64,000 nt of DNA from Flectonema sp. DT1601 (lineage: Eukaryota): NCBI GenBank assembly GCA_964019425.1, contig OZ025801.1:434001-498000 (forward strand), in the 5' to 3' direction. Of the stretch, positions 44,394 through 56,215 are shown piece after piece. Within the stretch, counting starts at the first letter, position 1, and every line of letters starts with the position of its first letter. The position numbers were made by a program, and so were the translations under genes. The notes beneath the pieces are model-generated. The model ran no database searches. It was not told the DNA's origin and was given only the letters and a program-made list of their open reading frames with translations.

Positions 44394-44676
44394 TATGGTT
44401 TCTTCCTGTTGCAATAATAAAATAAAGTAAGTTCGCACAACATATTCAGTCAGGGGAAGACAAGACACCAACAAAACCAGCATTCGTAGTAGTTTGTTAG
44501 GCATCAAGTTATCCAACGAAATAAGAACGTTTTTTTTTTTTTTTTTCGTTCAGACATTCCACGTTAAAAAAGACAAAAGCATAACGATTCGTGTAAAAAA
44601 AAAACATAACAAAATAAATTTATTCCCTTGTAAAGCAGAAGGGAGATCATCTGAGTGAAGTCAACTCAGAAATCTT

Positions 44677-45675
44677 TTATTCAGACTTCTTTCTAGCAGC
44701 AACAGGATCAGCAGTGAATAATGTTTTACCCTTAGCATCATGGTAACTGATTACAGTCTGCTCAGCAGTGACCACGAATGATGAGAACCCTCCATCAGTT
44801 CCGTAAGTGTGGTTTCTATCCATTCGGAATTTCATACTTCCAACTGGCACCGAGTTCTCATGTTTTGGAGAATAGCAGCACTCCTTTCCTGCTCCTGACA
44901 ACACAAATGTCATTCCCTTGTTCTCAAAGTGACCAAGACAGTGATCATGTCCAGCAATGTAACCTGATGCTCTATATTTAGTCAATAATGGCAACACTTC
45001 TAAAATTAATTTATCAGTCGGTCCATGCACGCACTGCGACCAGATTGGGTAATGACCAGCAACCCATAAATAGTCAGCAGTAGAGGCAGCCAACTCCTCC
45101 TCCAGCCATCTCTTTTGGGTTTCAGCCAACCTTATATGCTCCGGAGCAGGTCCAGTTGGTTCGACGAAGATGTCGTTTACAATATCATGGTAACTCATAC
45201 CAGAGAACACAACAGTGTCGATGTAAATCACTTGAGTAGTGACGTTCTTACTGCCACTCATGAAGGACTTTGAGAAAGTGTAGAAAAGTGATGGAAAGTT
45301 CCACCTCTCTGAGATTTGAGAATAAGCAATCTGAGCAGTGACGTTACCCTCGTGATCGTGATTACCAGCAACAACGTACCATGGAACTTGAAGCTTCGGG
45401 TGGTTGAAAACATCTTCAAAAGTGGAGTGGAATCTGCTGCAATGATCATCTCCGTGAATTCCGGAGCTGTAGAAATTGTCACCAAGAGCGAGAACGAATT
45501 CCGTGTTTCCTAAAGTCTGAGCTACGGCACCCATTCCTTTGTTGTTGTCGACTTCTCCAGGAGCTGTTGGGTCAGTGTCAGAAGTACCTCCCCAGTCACC
45601 AATCGCAAGAAAACTCATCGAGTCTGCTGCCGACGCAGCAGCAGCAGCAGCGAGAAGAGCGGTGGTTCGCATCAT
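44677..45675 (-). CDS. ACP5-like purple acid phosphatase; copy 2
   Basis: Same five metal-binding motifs and an Ala-rich signal peptide. Confidence 0.95.
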   Translation of the reverse strand: MMRTTALLAAAAAASAADSMSFLAIGDWGGTSDTDPTAPGEVDNNKGMGAVAQTLGNTEFVLALGDNFYSSGIHGDDHCSRFHSTFEDVFNHPKLQVPWYVVAGNHDHEGNVTAQIAYSQISERWNFPSLFYTFSKSFMSGSKNVTTQVIYIDTVVFSGMSYHDIVNDIFVEPTGPAPEHIRLAETQKRWLEEELAASTADYLWVAGHYPIWSQCVHGPTDKLILEVLPLLTKYRASGYIAGHDHCLGHFENKGMTFVLSGAGKECCYSPKHENSVPVGSMKFRMDRNHTYGTDGGFSSFVVTAEQTVISYHDAKGKTLFTADPVAARKKSE

Positions 45676-45970
45676 TATTACTTAACTTATATGGGTATAG
45701 AACCTGATTGTTAAGATAATTATAAAAGAAGACAGGCATCTATAAACACCACTACCCCTACTAGCTGTACAAGAGTACACTACAGGGTAAATATAAGAGA
45801 TGAGAAGGATTGATTTCATGTTAACAGTACCGCAATAGACGCAGATTATAACATAGAAATCGTAAGAAGGATATTAATAAGAAATACGCCGCTTCAGGTA
45901 GCAGATTGCACACAAAAAAAACATTACCAAGAATCAGAAGCCAGTTAATAGCTATTATTGGGAAAGACGT

Positions 45971-46969
45971 TTACTGCGACTTCTTTCTAGCAGCAACAGG
46001 ATCAGCAGTGAATAATGTTTTACCCTTAGCATCATGGTAACTGATTACAGTCTGCTCAGCAGTGACCACGAATGATGAGAACCCTCCATCAGTTCCGTAA
46101 GTGTTCTCACTGTCCATGTGGAATTTCATACTTCCGGAAGGAACATCCTTCTCATGTTTTGGAGAATAGCAGCACTCCTTTCCTGCTCCTGACAACACAA
46201 ATGTCATTCCCTTGTTCTCAAAGTGACCAAGACAGTGATCATGTCCAGCAATGTAACCTGATGCTCTATATTTAGTCAATAATGGCAACACTTCTAAAAT
46301 TAATTTATCAGTCGGTCCGTGAGAGCATTGCGACCAGATTGGATAATGACCTGCAACCCATAAATAGTCAGCAGTAGAGGCAGCCAACTCCTTCTCTAAC
46401 CATCTCCTTTGGGTTTCAGCCAACTCAACGTGCTCTGGTGCCGGTCCAGTTGGTTTAACAAAAACGTTCTTCTCTTCATCGTGGTAACTCATACCAGAGA
46501 ACACAACAGTGTCGATGTAAATCACTTGAGTAGTGACGTTCTTACCGCCACTCATGAAGGACTTTGAGAAAGTGTAGAAAAGTGATGGAAAGTTCCATCT
46601 CTTCGATAACTGAGAGTAGGCAATCTGAGCAGTGACGTTACCCTTGTGATCGTGATTACCAGCAACAACGTACCATGGAACTTGAAGCTTCGGGTGGTTG
46701 AAAACATCTTCAAAAGTGGAGTGGAATCTGCTGCAATGATCATCTCCGTGAATTCCGGAGCTGTAGAAATTGTCGCCAAGAGCGAGAACGAATTCCGTGT
46801 TTCCTAAAGTCTGAGCTACGGCACCCATTCCTTTGTTGTTGTCGACTTCTCCAGGAGCTGTTGGGTCAGTGTCAGAAGTACCTCCCCAGTCACCAATCGC
46901 AAGAAAACTCATCGAGTCTGCTGCCGACGCAGCTGCAGCAGCAGCGAGAAGAGCGGTGGTTCGCATCAT
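45971..46969 (-). CDS. ACP5-like purple acid phosphatase; copy 3
   Basis: Same motifs; near-identical to copy 2 at both ends. Confidence 0.95.
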   Translation of the reverse strand: MMRTTALLAAAAAASAADSMSFLAIGDWGGTSDTDPTAPGEVDNNKGMGAVAQTLGNTEFVLALGDNFYSSGIHGDDHCSRFHSTFEDVFNHPKLQVPWYVVAGNHDHKGNVTAQIAYSQLSKRWNFPSLFYTFSKSFMSGGKNVTTQVIYIDTVVFSGMSYHDEEKNVFVKPTGPAPEHVELAETQRRWLEKELAASTADYLWVAGHYPIWSQCSHGPTDKLILEVLPLLTKYRASGYIAGHDHCLGHFENKGMTFVLSGAGKECCYSPKHEKDVPSGSMKFHMDSENTYGTDGGFSSFVVTAEQTVISYHDAKGKTLFTADPVAARKKSQ

Positions 46970-47519
46970 TATTACTTAACTTATATGGGTATAGAACCTG
47001 ATTGTTATAGAATTTAGAATCAAATTAAAAAAAATAAAATAAAATAAAATAAAAAATCAATCCCTAAACAAACACCACAATTACGAATTACGAAACATAC
47101 TTACGCATGCATCCCTCAATGTTTGTTTGATAACTTCCTGTGGGATAATAATTATATAATACCAACAGAAACTGAAATTTGTTTTAGTTTCATAAAAAAA
47201 CGAATACCTTATACGAATAAATCTATGTAAGACAGAAAAACGAAGAAAAAGAAGAAAAAAAACCATTCAGATTAGCATTATATTTCGTTGAAACGCAGAC
47301 AGAATCCTGTCACACGGAGTAGGAAATATCGGCTTTCAATCTGAATAGTTTCTTCTTCAACTACGTCGGTACAAAAAGAGAAAAAAAAAAAAGAAATAAA
47401 GAAAACATTAATTATCTAAAGAAATAGTTTTCAGCGTATCGTTGGAAATACCGAAGATTGAAGTCAGCTGTTGGTTTGTGTTATGAATGAGTCTTTCCAT
47501 TGACACAACCCTACTAACA

Positions 47520-48251
47520 TTATCGAAATGGAGCTCGTGAACACGACGTTGTTTTATATGCTGACGGGTACTTCGAAGGAATGTGAAGTCGTACAACTGG
47601 TTTTGCAGGATCAGCTGGGATGGGATGCTTTTTTTTTCGAGATAACATCTTCTTCTGAGGTACATTCACATCAACACAAGAGAGAACAGCTAACGGCTTC
47701 ATTCCATCTGAAGGCGTTTGAAGACGACGAGTAGGACTACTTGAAGGAGTCTGTAACCTCCTATTCTGAGATGTATTATCATCAGTTGTTGTTATTAGTG
47801 GTGTTTTCATTCTTCTATCAATTTTATCATTGGCACTCGTGTCAATAATTTCCCAACTACCTCCGGGATCAGATGTAACAACAACATCATTCGGTTCAAT
47901 AAAAGGTCTTTTTTGCTTCTTTTTTCTAAACCTTGGTGTTGGGAGCTTACAATCAGCCTGCTTTCGCTGTTGTGGCTTCACACTTTCAATTGTTAGGAGG
48001 GAAGAAGCTGTGCTATTTCGGATGCTGTTTGAGTTCGATTTCAGAGTTTTTAATGACGTGAAGGACTCCTCCTCCAAACTCTCGAAATCTCCGTCGCTGT
48101 CACTTTCAATAATCGGTAACTCCCCTGATTCTGGCATCGCACTTAGTGTTACCTCATTGTCGTTATCTCTCATTGATTTTAGTAACGCTTGTATGCAAGC
48201 ATCATTCGTTGTGAATCCCATGGTGCTTGCTAAAGAAGATATTCCTGTCAT
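47520..48251 (-). CDS. Disordered protein of unknown function
   Basis: 243-aa S/T/K-rich ORF with an internal RRLQTPS duplication and an upstream TTTATTCAG acceptor. Confidence 0.7.
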   Translation of the reverse strand: MTGISSLASTMGFTTNDACIQALLKSMRDNDNEVTLSAMPESGELPIIESDSDGDFESLEEESFTSLKTLKSNSNSIRNSTASSLLTIESVKPQQRKQADCKLPTPRFRKKKQKRPFIEPNDVVVTSDPGGSWEIIDTSANDKIDRRMKTPLITTTDDNTSQNRRLQTPSSSPTRRLQTPSDGMKPLAVLSCVDVNVPQKKMLSRKKKHPIPADPAKPVVRLHIPSKYPSAYKTTSCSRAPFR

Positions 48252-48254
48252 CTT

Positions 48255-48574
48255 CCTCCTCCCTCCTTCTCTATATAAATATTCTGAATAAAGTGAAGTA
48301 TTAAAGGTTCATAACAAACTCAAAATATAAAAAGAAACAAGATAGTCGATAATCACAAGACGGAGGTTAACTATTTGAGTATACTGTCCTGCAATCCCCC
48401 CGTGCGTAGTGGGGTGACACCAGTAGCATTTACCAGGTCGTTATAGGGAGATGAAACCTCCTCCCTCCTCCTCTATATAAATATTCTGAATAAAGTGAAA
48501 GTAAATATAATCAAAAAGTCAACATCACTACCAAAGGTTAATAAACAGATTTAAAAAACAAAAAGAAACAAGAT
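48255..48574. repeat. Tandem duplication of an acceptor/5'UTR module (48255-48343 and 48457-48574)
   Basis: cctcctccctcct.ctctatataaatattctgaataaagtgaa...aaaggtt...aaaagaaacaagat occurs twice. Confidence 0.9.
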
Positions 48575-48701
48575 TTAGAAGTTTTGGGGGGGAAATGGTA
48601 ATTATTAAGTAAGTGGTTCTATAAAAAAAAAAAGTCAAAAAGTGTTTTTTTAAGAAGTCAAAATTTTCTGACGAGCCTATTTTATATTTTTAAGACAGCA
48701 A

Positions 48702-48750
48702 AACGATAATTTAGCAATGAACTATGGTAATGCTTAACTTAGCCTTTTTT
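48702..48750. repeat. Dispersed repeat family A, copy 3 (left portion only)
   Basis: aacgataattta.caat..gaactatgg.taa..tgcttaac.tagcctttttt matches 28063-28130 with a deletion. Confidence 0.75.
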
Positions 48751-48922
48751 TTTTTTTGAAGAGGGGAATAAATAGAACGCGTGACACCATAAAACAGCTT
48801 CTCGTATCAATGCGAGTTGTGTTTCTCCAAAAAAAAAAAAAAAAAAAAAAAAAAAGTGTAAGTGGCTCAAAAAACGAAAAAAAAAAGGTTGTACATCACG
48901 ATAAAACGTGTAAATAAGATAA

Positions 48923-51268
48923 TTAATTCTCTCCTTTATACCACATAGATGACTTGGCTGGGTGTTTTCTATCAGTTGAAGGCGGTGGTAAAATAATCCC
49001 TGATGCATGAGGAACAGGTAAATCATCCAACCCAAGGGTACCATCGAGCAGATAGCCAGTAGTGTTATTAGTACCACCAACAGTGCCATTAGTGGTCGTA
49101 GGGTCTCTGTCTTTATTTTCTTTAACTCCATAACCCTGTGATTGCGGGTGGTGTAACCCTCCCAAAGAAACATGACCATGAGTACCGTGTCCATGATTAT
49201 GATTTGAATGTGATATTGTTTGTAGTGATGGATGACCTCCAGAATGAGTAGATAAAGTTCCATGACCTAACGCATATCCCTTTGCCCCATTACTAAATAA
49301 TCCATCAATCCCACTTGTTTCTTGTGAAGGCGTCGACTTTTCTTGTTTACTCAGAGTATGAGTGTGCTTATCTTGCTTTTTTGTTTTCTTTTTTAACTTA
49401 ACTGGAGGTTCTGCAGGACCACCAAGACAAGGAAGCGATGACCCCATAATAGAGCCAAGCTTTGATTTTGAATCTGTTCTAGTTACCAAATGACCATGTT
49501 GAGTGTGATGTACTCCGTGATGTCCATCGTACTCATGCTGACTATGTTGGTATGGCTGAGCCTGTTGTGATATTAGTCAGTACAGTTAATACAAACATAC
49601 TTTCACTTATAAAAAAGTGATAACAAACCTCTCCGGTATACGGAAATCCACTAACTGGTAGCGGTCTCGGTGTTTGAATTTTAAGGTTCGGAAGACCACC
49701 TGATTGCTCCTGTTTTTTTGTTTTTTTAAAATTTGTTTTGCTCTAAATTGAGAGTAAACTCGAAGAGCGAGACTCCGAAGGCGAAGGAGATGTCAGAAGG
49801 GATAGGAATACAAGCAGAAACGCTACAACTATGCAGCCGGCTTTGACAGCGAAGATTCTAAGCAGCTTCCTAAGAGAATACCCTACTGTTGTAGTGTCAT
49901 GATGTTATGCAAGTAAGGAAAAGTCGAGGTTAATTCCTACACCGCAGGGTTGTACCCCAGGGTTGTTGATTTCTCTCCCTAAGAAGAAAAGTACATTTTC
50001 CCCCAAGATTTTATCTGTTAATTTGTATGCGGATCACAAGTCAAAATTACAGCCATCCTTTCCCCCAACACAGCCCTTATCGCTAAACAGAGTAAATCTA
50101 GCACAACAAGTACCTTGTAAAATCATACCTTAGGGAACAAAGAGTCAACTTGAGCCTCAGGTCTCTTTGGAGGTTTTGGATGATCTTGAGAAGTGTGTTG
50201 AGGAATACCAGATGGAGGAGATACCGCCCATGCGTGTTGTGGTGTCGATGGAGTGTCATTCGACGTCTCTGTTCCAGACTTGGTATTCGATCGCGGCCTT
50301 CTCTGTTTTTGTCTTCGCAATCGCATCAAATTAGCTGCCGCATCTTTTTCCATCACAACTTTTAATTCCTCTTCATACTTTTCAGCAAATCCACAATGAG
50401 CGAAATATGCAGACGACAACAAATCTGTACACGTACACCTATGCCTCGGCTCATTGGCTAAACAAGATTTTAACAACGATAACCATTTGATATCTGTGGT
50501 CTGACCACCAAATCGTCTTTCAAGAGTATCTAACTCCACTGGATTTGGTAGTTCAATCCCGTGGTATAAAGGGTTCTTTTTAAAGACTAGAGCTTGTCTG
50601 TTTGTGATTCTTCCAAAACATTTTATAATGTGAAACAATTGATCGATGTCAGACTCTCCAGGGAATAAGGGAATTCCGTTAGTGATTTCAGCAAGAATAC
50701 ATCCAATTGCCCAAACATCAACTCCTTTACCGTATTCTGTGTCTCCAACAAGAAGCTCCGGTGACCTATACCAGCGAGTAGCGACATAATCAGTGTATTG
50801 TGCTCCGGGTCCTGATAGTAATCTTGCGAATCCAAAATCGCATAACTTTAAAGCACCGTGTTTAGATATAAGAATGTTTTCTGGTTTTATATCTCTGTGA
50901 ACGATTCCATGAGCATGACAGTATTCAACACCCCGAAGTAATTGATAAGTGTATCTCCTAACGTCAACGTCGTCGAGACCGTAAGGATGTTTTTCTAAGA
51001 GTTCGAGAATAGTTTTTTCGACATACTCAAAAACAAGATACAATTTTCCCTTCCTACGAAAAACTTCTAACAAATTTATTATGTTATCATGGCGTAGTTG
51101 TTTTAATACTCTCACTTCTCTTAAACTTGTTTTCCTGACCTGTTCATCATCTTCACTTTCTTTAAACTTTTTTATAGCTACGATTTGTCCTGTTTCCTTA
51201 TGCCTTGCCTTTATAACAACTCCATAGGTCCCTTCTCCAATGGTTCCCAGATTCTCATAATTTTCCAT
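48923..51268 (-). CDS. CDKL-family (TDY) kinase similar to kinetoplastid ECK1/MPK6; exons 50129-51268, 49629-49709, 48923-49561, ~619 aa
   Basis: GEGTYGVV, VAIKKFKESEDD..VRKTSLREVR, HRDIKPEN, DFGFAR and YTDYVATRWYR. Introns 49710-50128 and 49562-49628 join a His/Gly-rich tail in frame. Confidence 0.93.
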
Positions 51269-51825
51269 TACAGAGAAATGTCAATGTATCAGGATGTCGA
51301 ATTCTCTTTTCTGAGGGTTTTTTTTTTTTTTTTTTTTTTTTTTTCAAATTTGTTATTTAATCATGTGTAATATGGGGTGTGTTTATTTCTGGAAATGGAA
51401 AAAAAAAAAATGATTATCTTATCTAACATATAACGTGCAGAGGCAAACATAAAAAAAACATTTTTTTTTTTTTTTCACAAGGCAAACCGACGGAAGGAAC
51501 TACATAATCGTAAAACGTGAAATTAATTTTATTAAAACCCCATAAAATGTTAGTCTATGAGATTATTAAAAAAATTGCATTCGAGAAATATGGTGGAAAA
51601 CCTAGTTTCAGTCCATAATCTTATGCTACTTCTTTTTGGCCTTCATCAGTAAGTTCCAGGGGACTTCATTCTAAATTTCTTGTAAATCAGTTTTCAAAAG
51701 TGGTTCTGAACGCAACAACAGATAGTAGTAGCTCGCCGGGACGGGTTAGCATAAATTTGCTTTTGTCTAACTAAGTTGCATCTCTTTTTCGGTGCAGAGT
51801 ACGCTAACCCCAATAAGTGTTAGAC

Positions 51826-51899
51826 ATTACTGTATTGTGAGTGCTAGGTAACTCACAGCAACAGAGGACTCAATCCGTATCCAACAGGAAACCGTTTTC
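51826..51899. repeat. Dispersed repeat family B, copy 2; contains a tgtgagt/actcaca hairpin
   Basis: Matches blocks of 27153-27200. Confidence 0.7.
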
Positions 51900-52189
51900 T
51901 ATAAATATTAATTCACCACCCTGTCATAGGGAATAACATCATCATAAGTAACTCTTCCTCTATGAGATAACATATAAGCTAATAGTAACCAGGCTGAGAA
52001 ACATATAAATGCTGTGAAGTTTGGACGCCATCGCTTTATGTGAGTTCCTTCAGGCATCTTCGTGTGTTTTTTTTTTTTTTTTTTTTTCCCCCCTTTCTCT
52101 GCAAAATATGTTAATAAACGCAGGTGAGAATTTCAAATAGCAAAGAGAATCTATCGGTTTCAACAACGAATACAACAAAAAGACATTAT

Positions 52190-52945
52190 ACTCAGAGGTC
52201 TATCAACAAGTCATCCAATCGTATGAAAATCAATGCACTTTGTACTCAATGGCAGGCTGCTTTACCTTGAGGTACCTGAAGAGATCAAGTGCGTCACAAT
52301 TACAGAGGAAATTACTTTACACTACTAAGACATGAGAGGTCAAGAGCTGTGATTTAGTAGTACAAGAAGTAATCTCCCATAGTGGTAACACGACTAATAC
52401 CTGAATGTAGAGAGAGGAGATTCTTGAACAACCAAACAAGAAATTACTTCCAATAGTGGTAACATTACAAAGACCTGATCAAGAGGTCAAGAGAAGTGAT
52501 TTGTGTACAACAAGACAACAGATAATCTCCAACAATTGAAATTTGTGAGATATCTGAATTTGAATTGTGGAGGAAAAACATCCGTTGAGTCCTAAGACAG
52601 TAAAGTACGTCAACAGTGAGGCGATTATTTACTGAGAATGTCGGGGTGTCCAGGTACAAATCTTCCGTAAGGCAGTCTCTGATCCAAGGCAGCAGCTTCT
52701 TTCGTTTTGTATCTGCACACAAGGAATCACCAGCTGCGAGTCCTAAACCCGGATACGTCACAAAAAACTACATTTTGAGTCATCTGATGAAAGACAAAAT
52801 GTAATGAGATCGCTGCCCTGAATAAATACGTGGCATTCAACAAGTTAGATACGACGTGTTCTCTCATCATCAGTATTGTGTGTGTGAGGGGGATGAACTC
52901 ATGGATGAAGACACAAACATGGAATACCTGTTTTCTCATACTCAA
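52190..52945 (-). pseudogene. Decayed BspA/LRR_5-type leucine-rich-repeat gene, possibly with an F-box-like N-terminus
   Basis: Frameshifted units ISIVGDYLLSCCTQITSLDL / SGLCNVTTIGSNFLFGCSRISSL / SGISRVTTMGDYFL..ITALDLSCLSSV, with internal stops. Confidence 0.7.
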
Positions 52946-53133
52946 CTCGGTTCCCTTACAAATAGAACAAAAAAAATGAAAAAATTGCGAGAATTTTTCT
53001 TTTTCAAGTTGGAAACCTCCCTTAACAATTTACGGAGTCAAGTCACCAGAACGTAATAAATAATACAAACACGAACACGCACATGTTGGATAAGGGAATT
53101 AAATTTACCAACACATCACATAATGTGTTGTGA

Positions 53134-54039
53134 TTACATAGCATTCATCCAATTAGATACAAGAGCTGTAAATTCTTTCGGTTTTTGAGAATGAACCCAG
53201 TGACCAGCTACAATAGAATGGTGTTCATTATTAGGAAAGAATTTATCAAAAACTGGACCGTCGTGTTCCATTTTAACAAATGGTGATTCTGATCCCGTTA
53301 CTATTAAACAAGGAGTACGTGATGGGACAACAATCTCATCATCTTGCTCGAATGCGAGGAGGACTCCTTTATCAAGAGCTTCGTGAAGAGCGTCTAGGTT
53401 TGGTTTCCACCATGACGTTTTAGTTTTCGCACATCTTTTTAAATTTGTTAACAGAAACTGACGAATACCAATCTGAGACACTCCAGCCTCCTGAAGAACT
53501 CTATCAGCTGACACTAAATTATCTCTTTCAGACTCAGTCATGTTTTTCATAATACTGATAAAGTTGAAAGAATGACTCGCTTTTCTTATGTTATTTTTGT
53601 TATAACAAACGGGTGCGATGTCAGCCACTACAACTCCTTGAAGCAGCTCCGGATTTCTAAGTGCGACTTGCATGGCAACTTTTCCACCTAAAGAATGACC
53701 AATTAATACTACTTCATCATGATTTACTATATCTTTGATGAATCTTCTGATGTCGCCTGCCATTTCTCTAAATGTCATTGTGTCAACGTGAGGACTTGCT
53801 CCGTGGTTTCGTAAATCAACGCAGTAGACGTGTCTACCAGTCTGTTCTGATATCATTCTTGCTGGTGTCTTCCAATTATTTTTGTTACCTAACATTCCAT
53901 GTACTACTACTACTGGTGGTTTGTTTGATTTACCTTCTGCAGTATCGATAACTAAATGGTCTAATTCTATTGTGTATCCTCTTCTTTGAGTTCTCTGACA
54001 TAGTTGTCGGGTGACCTGTCTGCGGCAGGTTGTTAACAT
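53134..54039 (-). CDS. ABHD11/YbfF-like alpha/beta hydrolase with a mitochondrial presequence
   Basis: HGMLGNKNNW, DLRNHGASPH, GHSLGGK, DIAP, RQFLLTNL and AGHWVH; Arg-rich N-terminus. Confidence 0.92.
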   Translation of the reverse strand: MLTTCRRQVTRQLCQRTQRRGYTIELDHLVIDTAEGKSNKPPVVVVHGMLGNKNNWKTPARMISEQTGRHVYCVDLRNHGASPHVDTMTFREMAGDIRRFIKDIVNHDEVVLIGHSLGGKVAMQVALRNPELLQGVVVADIAPVCYNKNNIRKASHSFNFISIMKNMTESERDNLVSADRVLQEAGVSQIGIRQFLLTNLKRCAKTKTSWWKPNLDALHEALDKGVLLAFEQDDEIVVPSRTPCLIVTGSESPFVKMEHDGPVFDKFFPNNEHHSIVAGHWVHSQKPKEFTALVSNWMNAM

Positions 54040-54116
54040 TTTTATTGTGTTTTGAGGGACTGGGTTTTTTAATTAATGATAAGAGGATCAGGGTGTTTCG
54101 TTTTTTATTCATGCAC

Positions 54117-54490
54117 ATGAAAAAAAGAAAAAACAATGTAACGGAGTTCCACTACTATCACCCTTCTCAGGGACTGTTTTCTTTGCCTTCCCTTTTCGTC
54201 GAAGAAAGCGGCCTTCTTTGAACGTATTCATTACATTTTGAGGGACTGGTGTCTAAATAACGATAGGAAGACAGTCTGAGGGCATTTTTTTTCCGCAATG
54301 ATCTGTTCTGCAAATGAAGAAAAATAATGTAACGGATATCCATTAAAAAACTAATTAAATACTGGTTCACGTGACGTTGATTTTGAGGGATCGCATGCGT
54401 GACCAGGCGCTTCCTCTCACCCTTCTCAGGGACTGTTTTTCTTTCTTTTTTTTTTTTTTTTCTTTTCGTCGAAGAATGCGGATTCAACGT
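54117..54490. repeat. Diverged local duplication (54117-54225 and 54314-54490) upstream of the hydrolase
   Basis: aatgtaacgga, tcacccttctcagggactgtttt and cttttcgtcgaagaa.gcgg..aacgt each occur twice in the same order. Confidence 0.85.
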
Positions 54491-54957
54491 CGCAATCATA
54501 TCTGTAATTTGAAAATAAAAAAAACGGGTTTCTTTTGTCTGGTTAGCTCTGTGAATCTTTTTTTAATAAAACATTTATAAAAGCACTTTGACAAGTGCAA
54601 TGCAAAAATAATATTTTCTTTTTTTTTTCTTCCTTTTTTTTTTGGGGGAAAAAAAAAAAAAGAGAAGGGAAAAAATGGCTGGCAATTTTCTTTTTTTGTT
54701 GTACAAAATCGGCAAAAAAACAAAAATATATAAATTTGAAAAAAAAAAAAAAAAAAAAACAGGCAGGGTTCTGCTTACACTAAATAAACCTTTGATGCTA
54801 TTCTCTGTTCTCTGTTTGCACAGATTATTCTTTTTTTTCTTTTTTTTTTTAAATTTCTTTTTTTTTTCTCCATTCACTTCTCAAATTAAGGTAATCAATA
54901 AAAGTCGGTTATTTTTTGTTAATATTTTATGTTGGGAATTATCGATATGTTTTCACA

Positions 54958-54997
<40 letters not shown>

Positions 54998-56181
54998 CAT
55001 AATAATAATAATACTAATAATAATTATTCACTCACACACACGTTACAATACCACCGATCAAAATGCAACGTCGCTATGAACGTCATGTGGTAATTTTTCT
55101 GTCACCTCCGGCTTCTTCACTTGAACATGAAGCGAGACTAAAGGATCGTTAGGCATATTTTCTATCGTGTTTTATGTTCCTTCCTATGCAGTTACGAGAT
55201 AACTGTTTTAATAAAAAAAACACAAAAAAAAATTCTCTCTTTTTTTTTTTTCTGAAATTATTTCTAATCAACCAGAAAAAAAAGAAAAGAATAAATTTCT
55301 TTTTTTTTTTTAGGGAGTGTTCGTAGATTGTTTTTTGTCTATTATTTTCCAAGTCCCAATCACAGTCTTTATTTATTTTTTGTTGAACACTAGCAACCCA
55401 AGAAAAAAAAAACATAAATGTGAGAAAATCAAAAAAAATTTCATTCCTTCTCATAAAAAAAAAATACAACCCATCACTGGTGTTGTTATTTTTCTTTTTT
55501 TTTTTTTTTTTTTTTTGAAAAAGTGGGAAACAGGAAAACATTATTTCTAATCTTAACCAAAGGGAAAAAAACAAAAACAAAAACAGCAGCAGAAGCACAG
55601 GAGCAAAATTAGATTACTTTGCTGAGCCTCATTTTTTTTCTTTTCTTGTACCCGCGCATCACTTTAACGGTTGCGTAGCTAATAAGAAAAAGAAGAAGAA
55701 AAAAAGGAACCATTACACCCCTTGACATGTTCTATTTGTAGGCATTTTTGAAAAATTAAAGAAAGGTAGGAAGGGGGGAAAAATGAAATGCAAAAGCTGT
55801 TTTATTTTATTTTATTTTTATTATTTACTTTATTCAAGAAAAGAATAAAAATGCACACTACTTGTCCGCTTGCATGAGCAGCTGAGGTGCATAAAAAAAT
55901 AAAAAAAAAAAAATCAAATTCCTTTTTATATTGTGAAAAACTTTCTTTTCTTTTTTTTTTTTTTTTTTTTTAAAAATGCACGAAAACCTTTATCAGACAT
56001 GTGAGTTAGAAAGGAAATACATTACGCTGACAATGTCCGTACAATTAAAAAAAAAAAAAAAAAAAAAAGGAAAAAGGAAAAGTTGTTTCTTTAAATAAAA
56101 GAATAATGTTTAAATTCGAAAATATGAGTAGAAAGGGTCTCAGTCTAGGAGGAGGAGACTCGCTTTTCAACATTGGGTAAG

Positions 56182-56215
<34 letters not shown>

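Noticed and set aside
41858..47376. Shared 15-mer acgtcggtacaaaaa at ~41858 and ~47363
   Set aside because: Only two occurrences, partly an A run; too little to call a regulatory motif.
1182..48291. Plus-strand ORFs such as 1182-1589, 5532-6074, 39798-40358 and 47830-48291
   Set aside because: They are antisense shadows of well-supported minus-strand genes.
48661..48712. Plus-strand CTGACGA...AAAAC hammerhead-like string
   Set aside because: Stem II is only 2 bp, G12 and GUH are missing, and the segment is not shared with the related repeat copy.
51743..51810. GGGTTAGC...GCTAACCC inverted repeat, telomere- or telomerase-template-like
   Set aside because: A single 8-bp pair with no tandem TTAGGG; compatible with chance.
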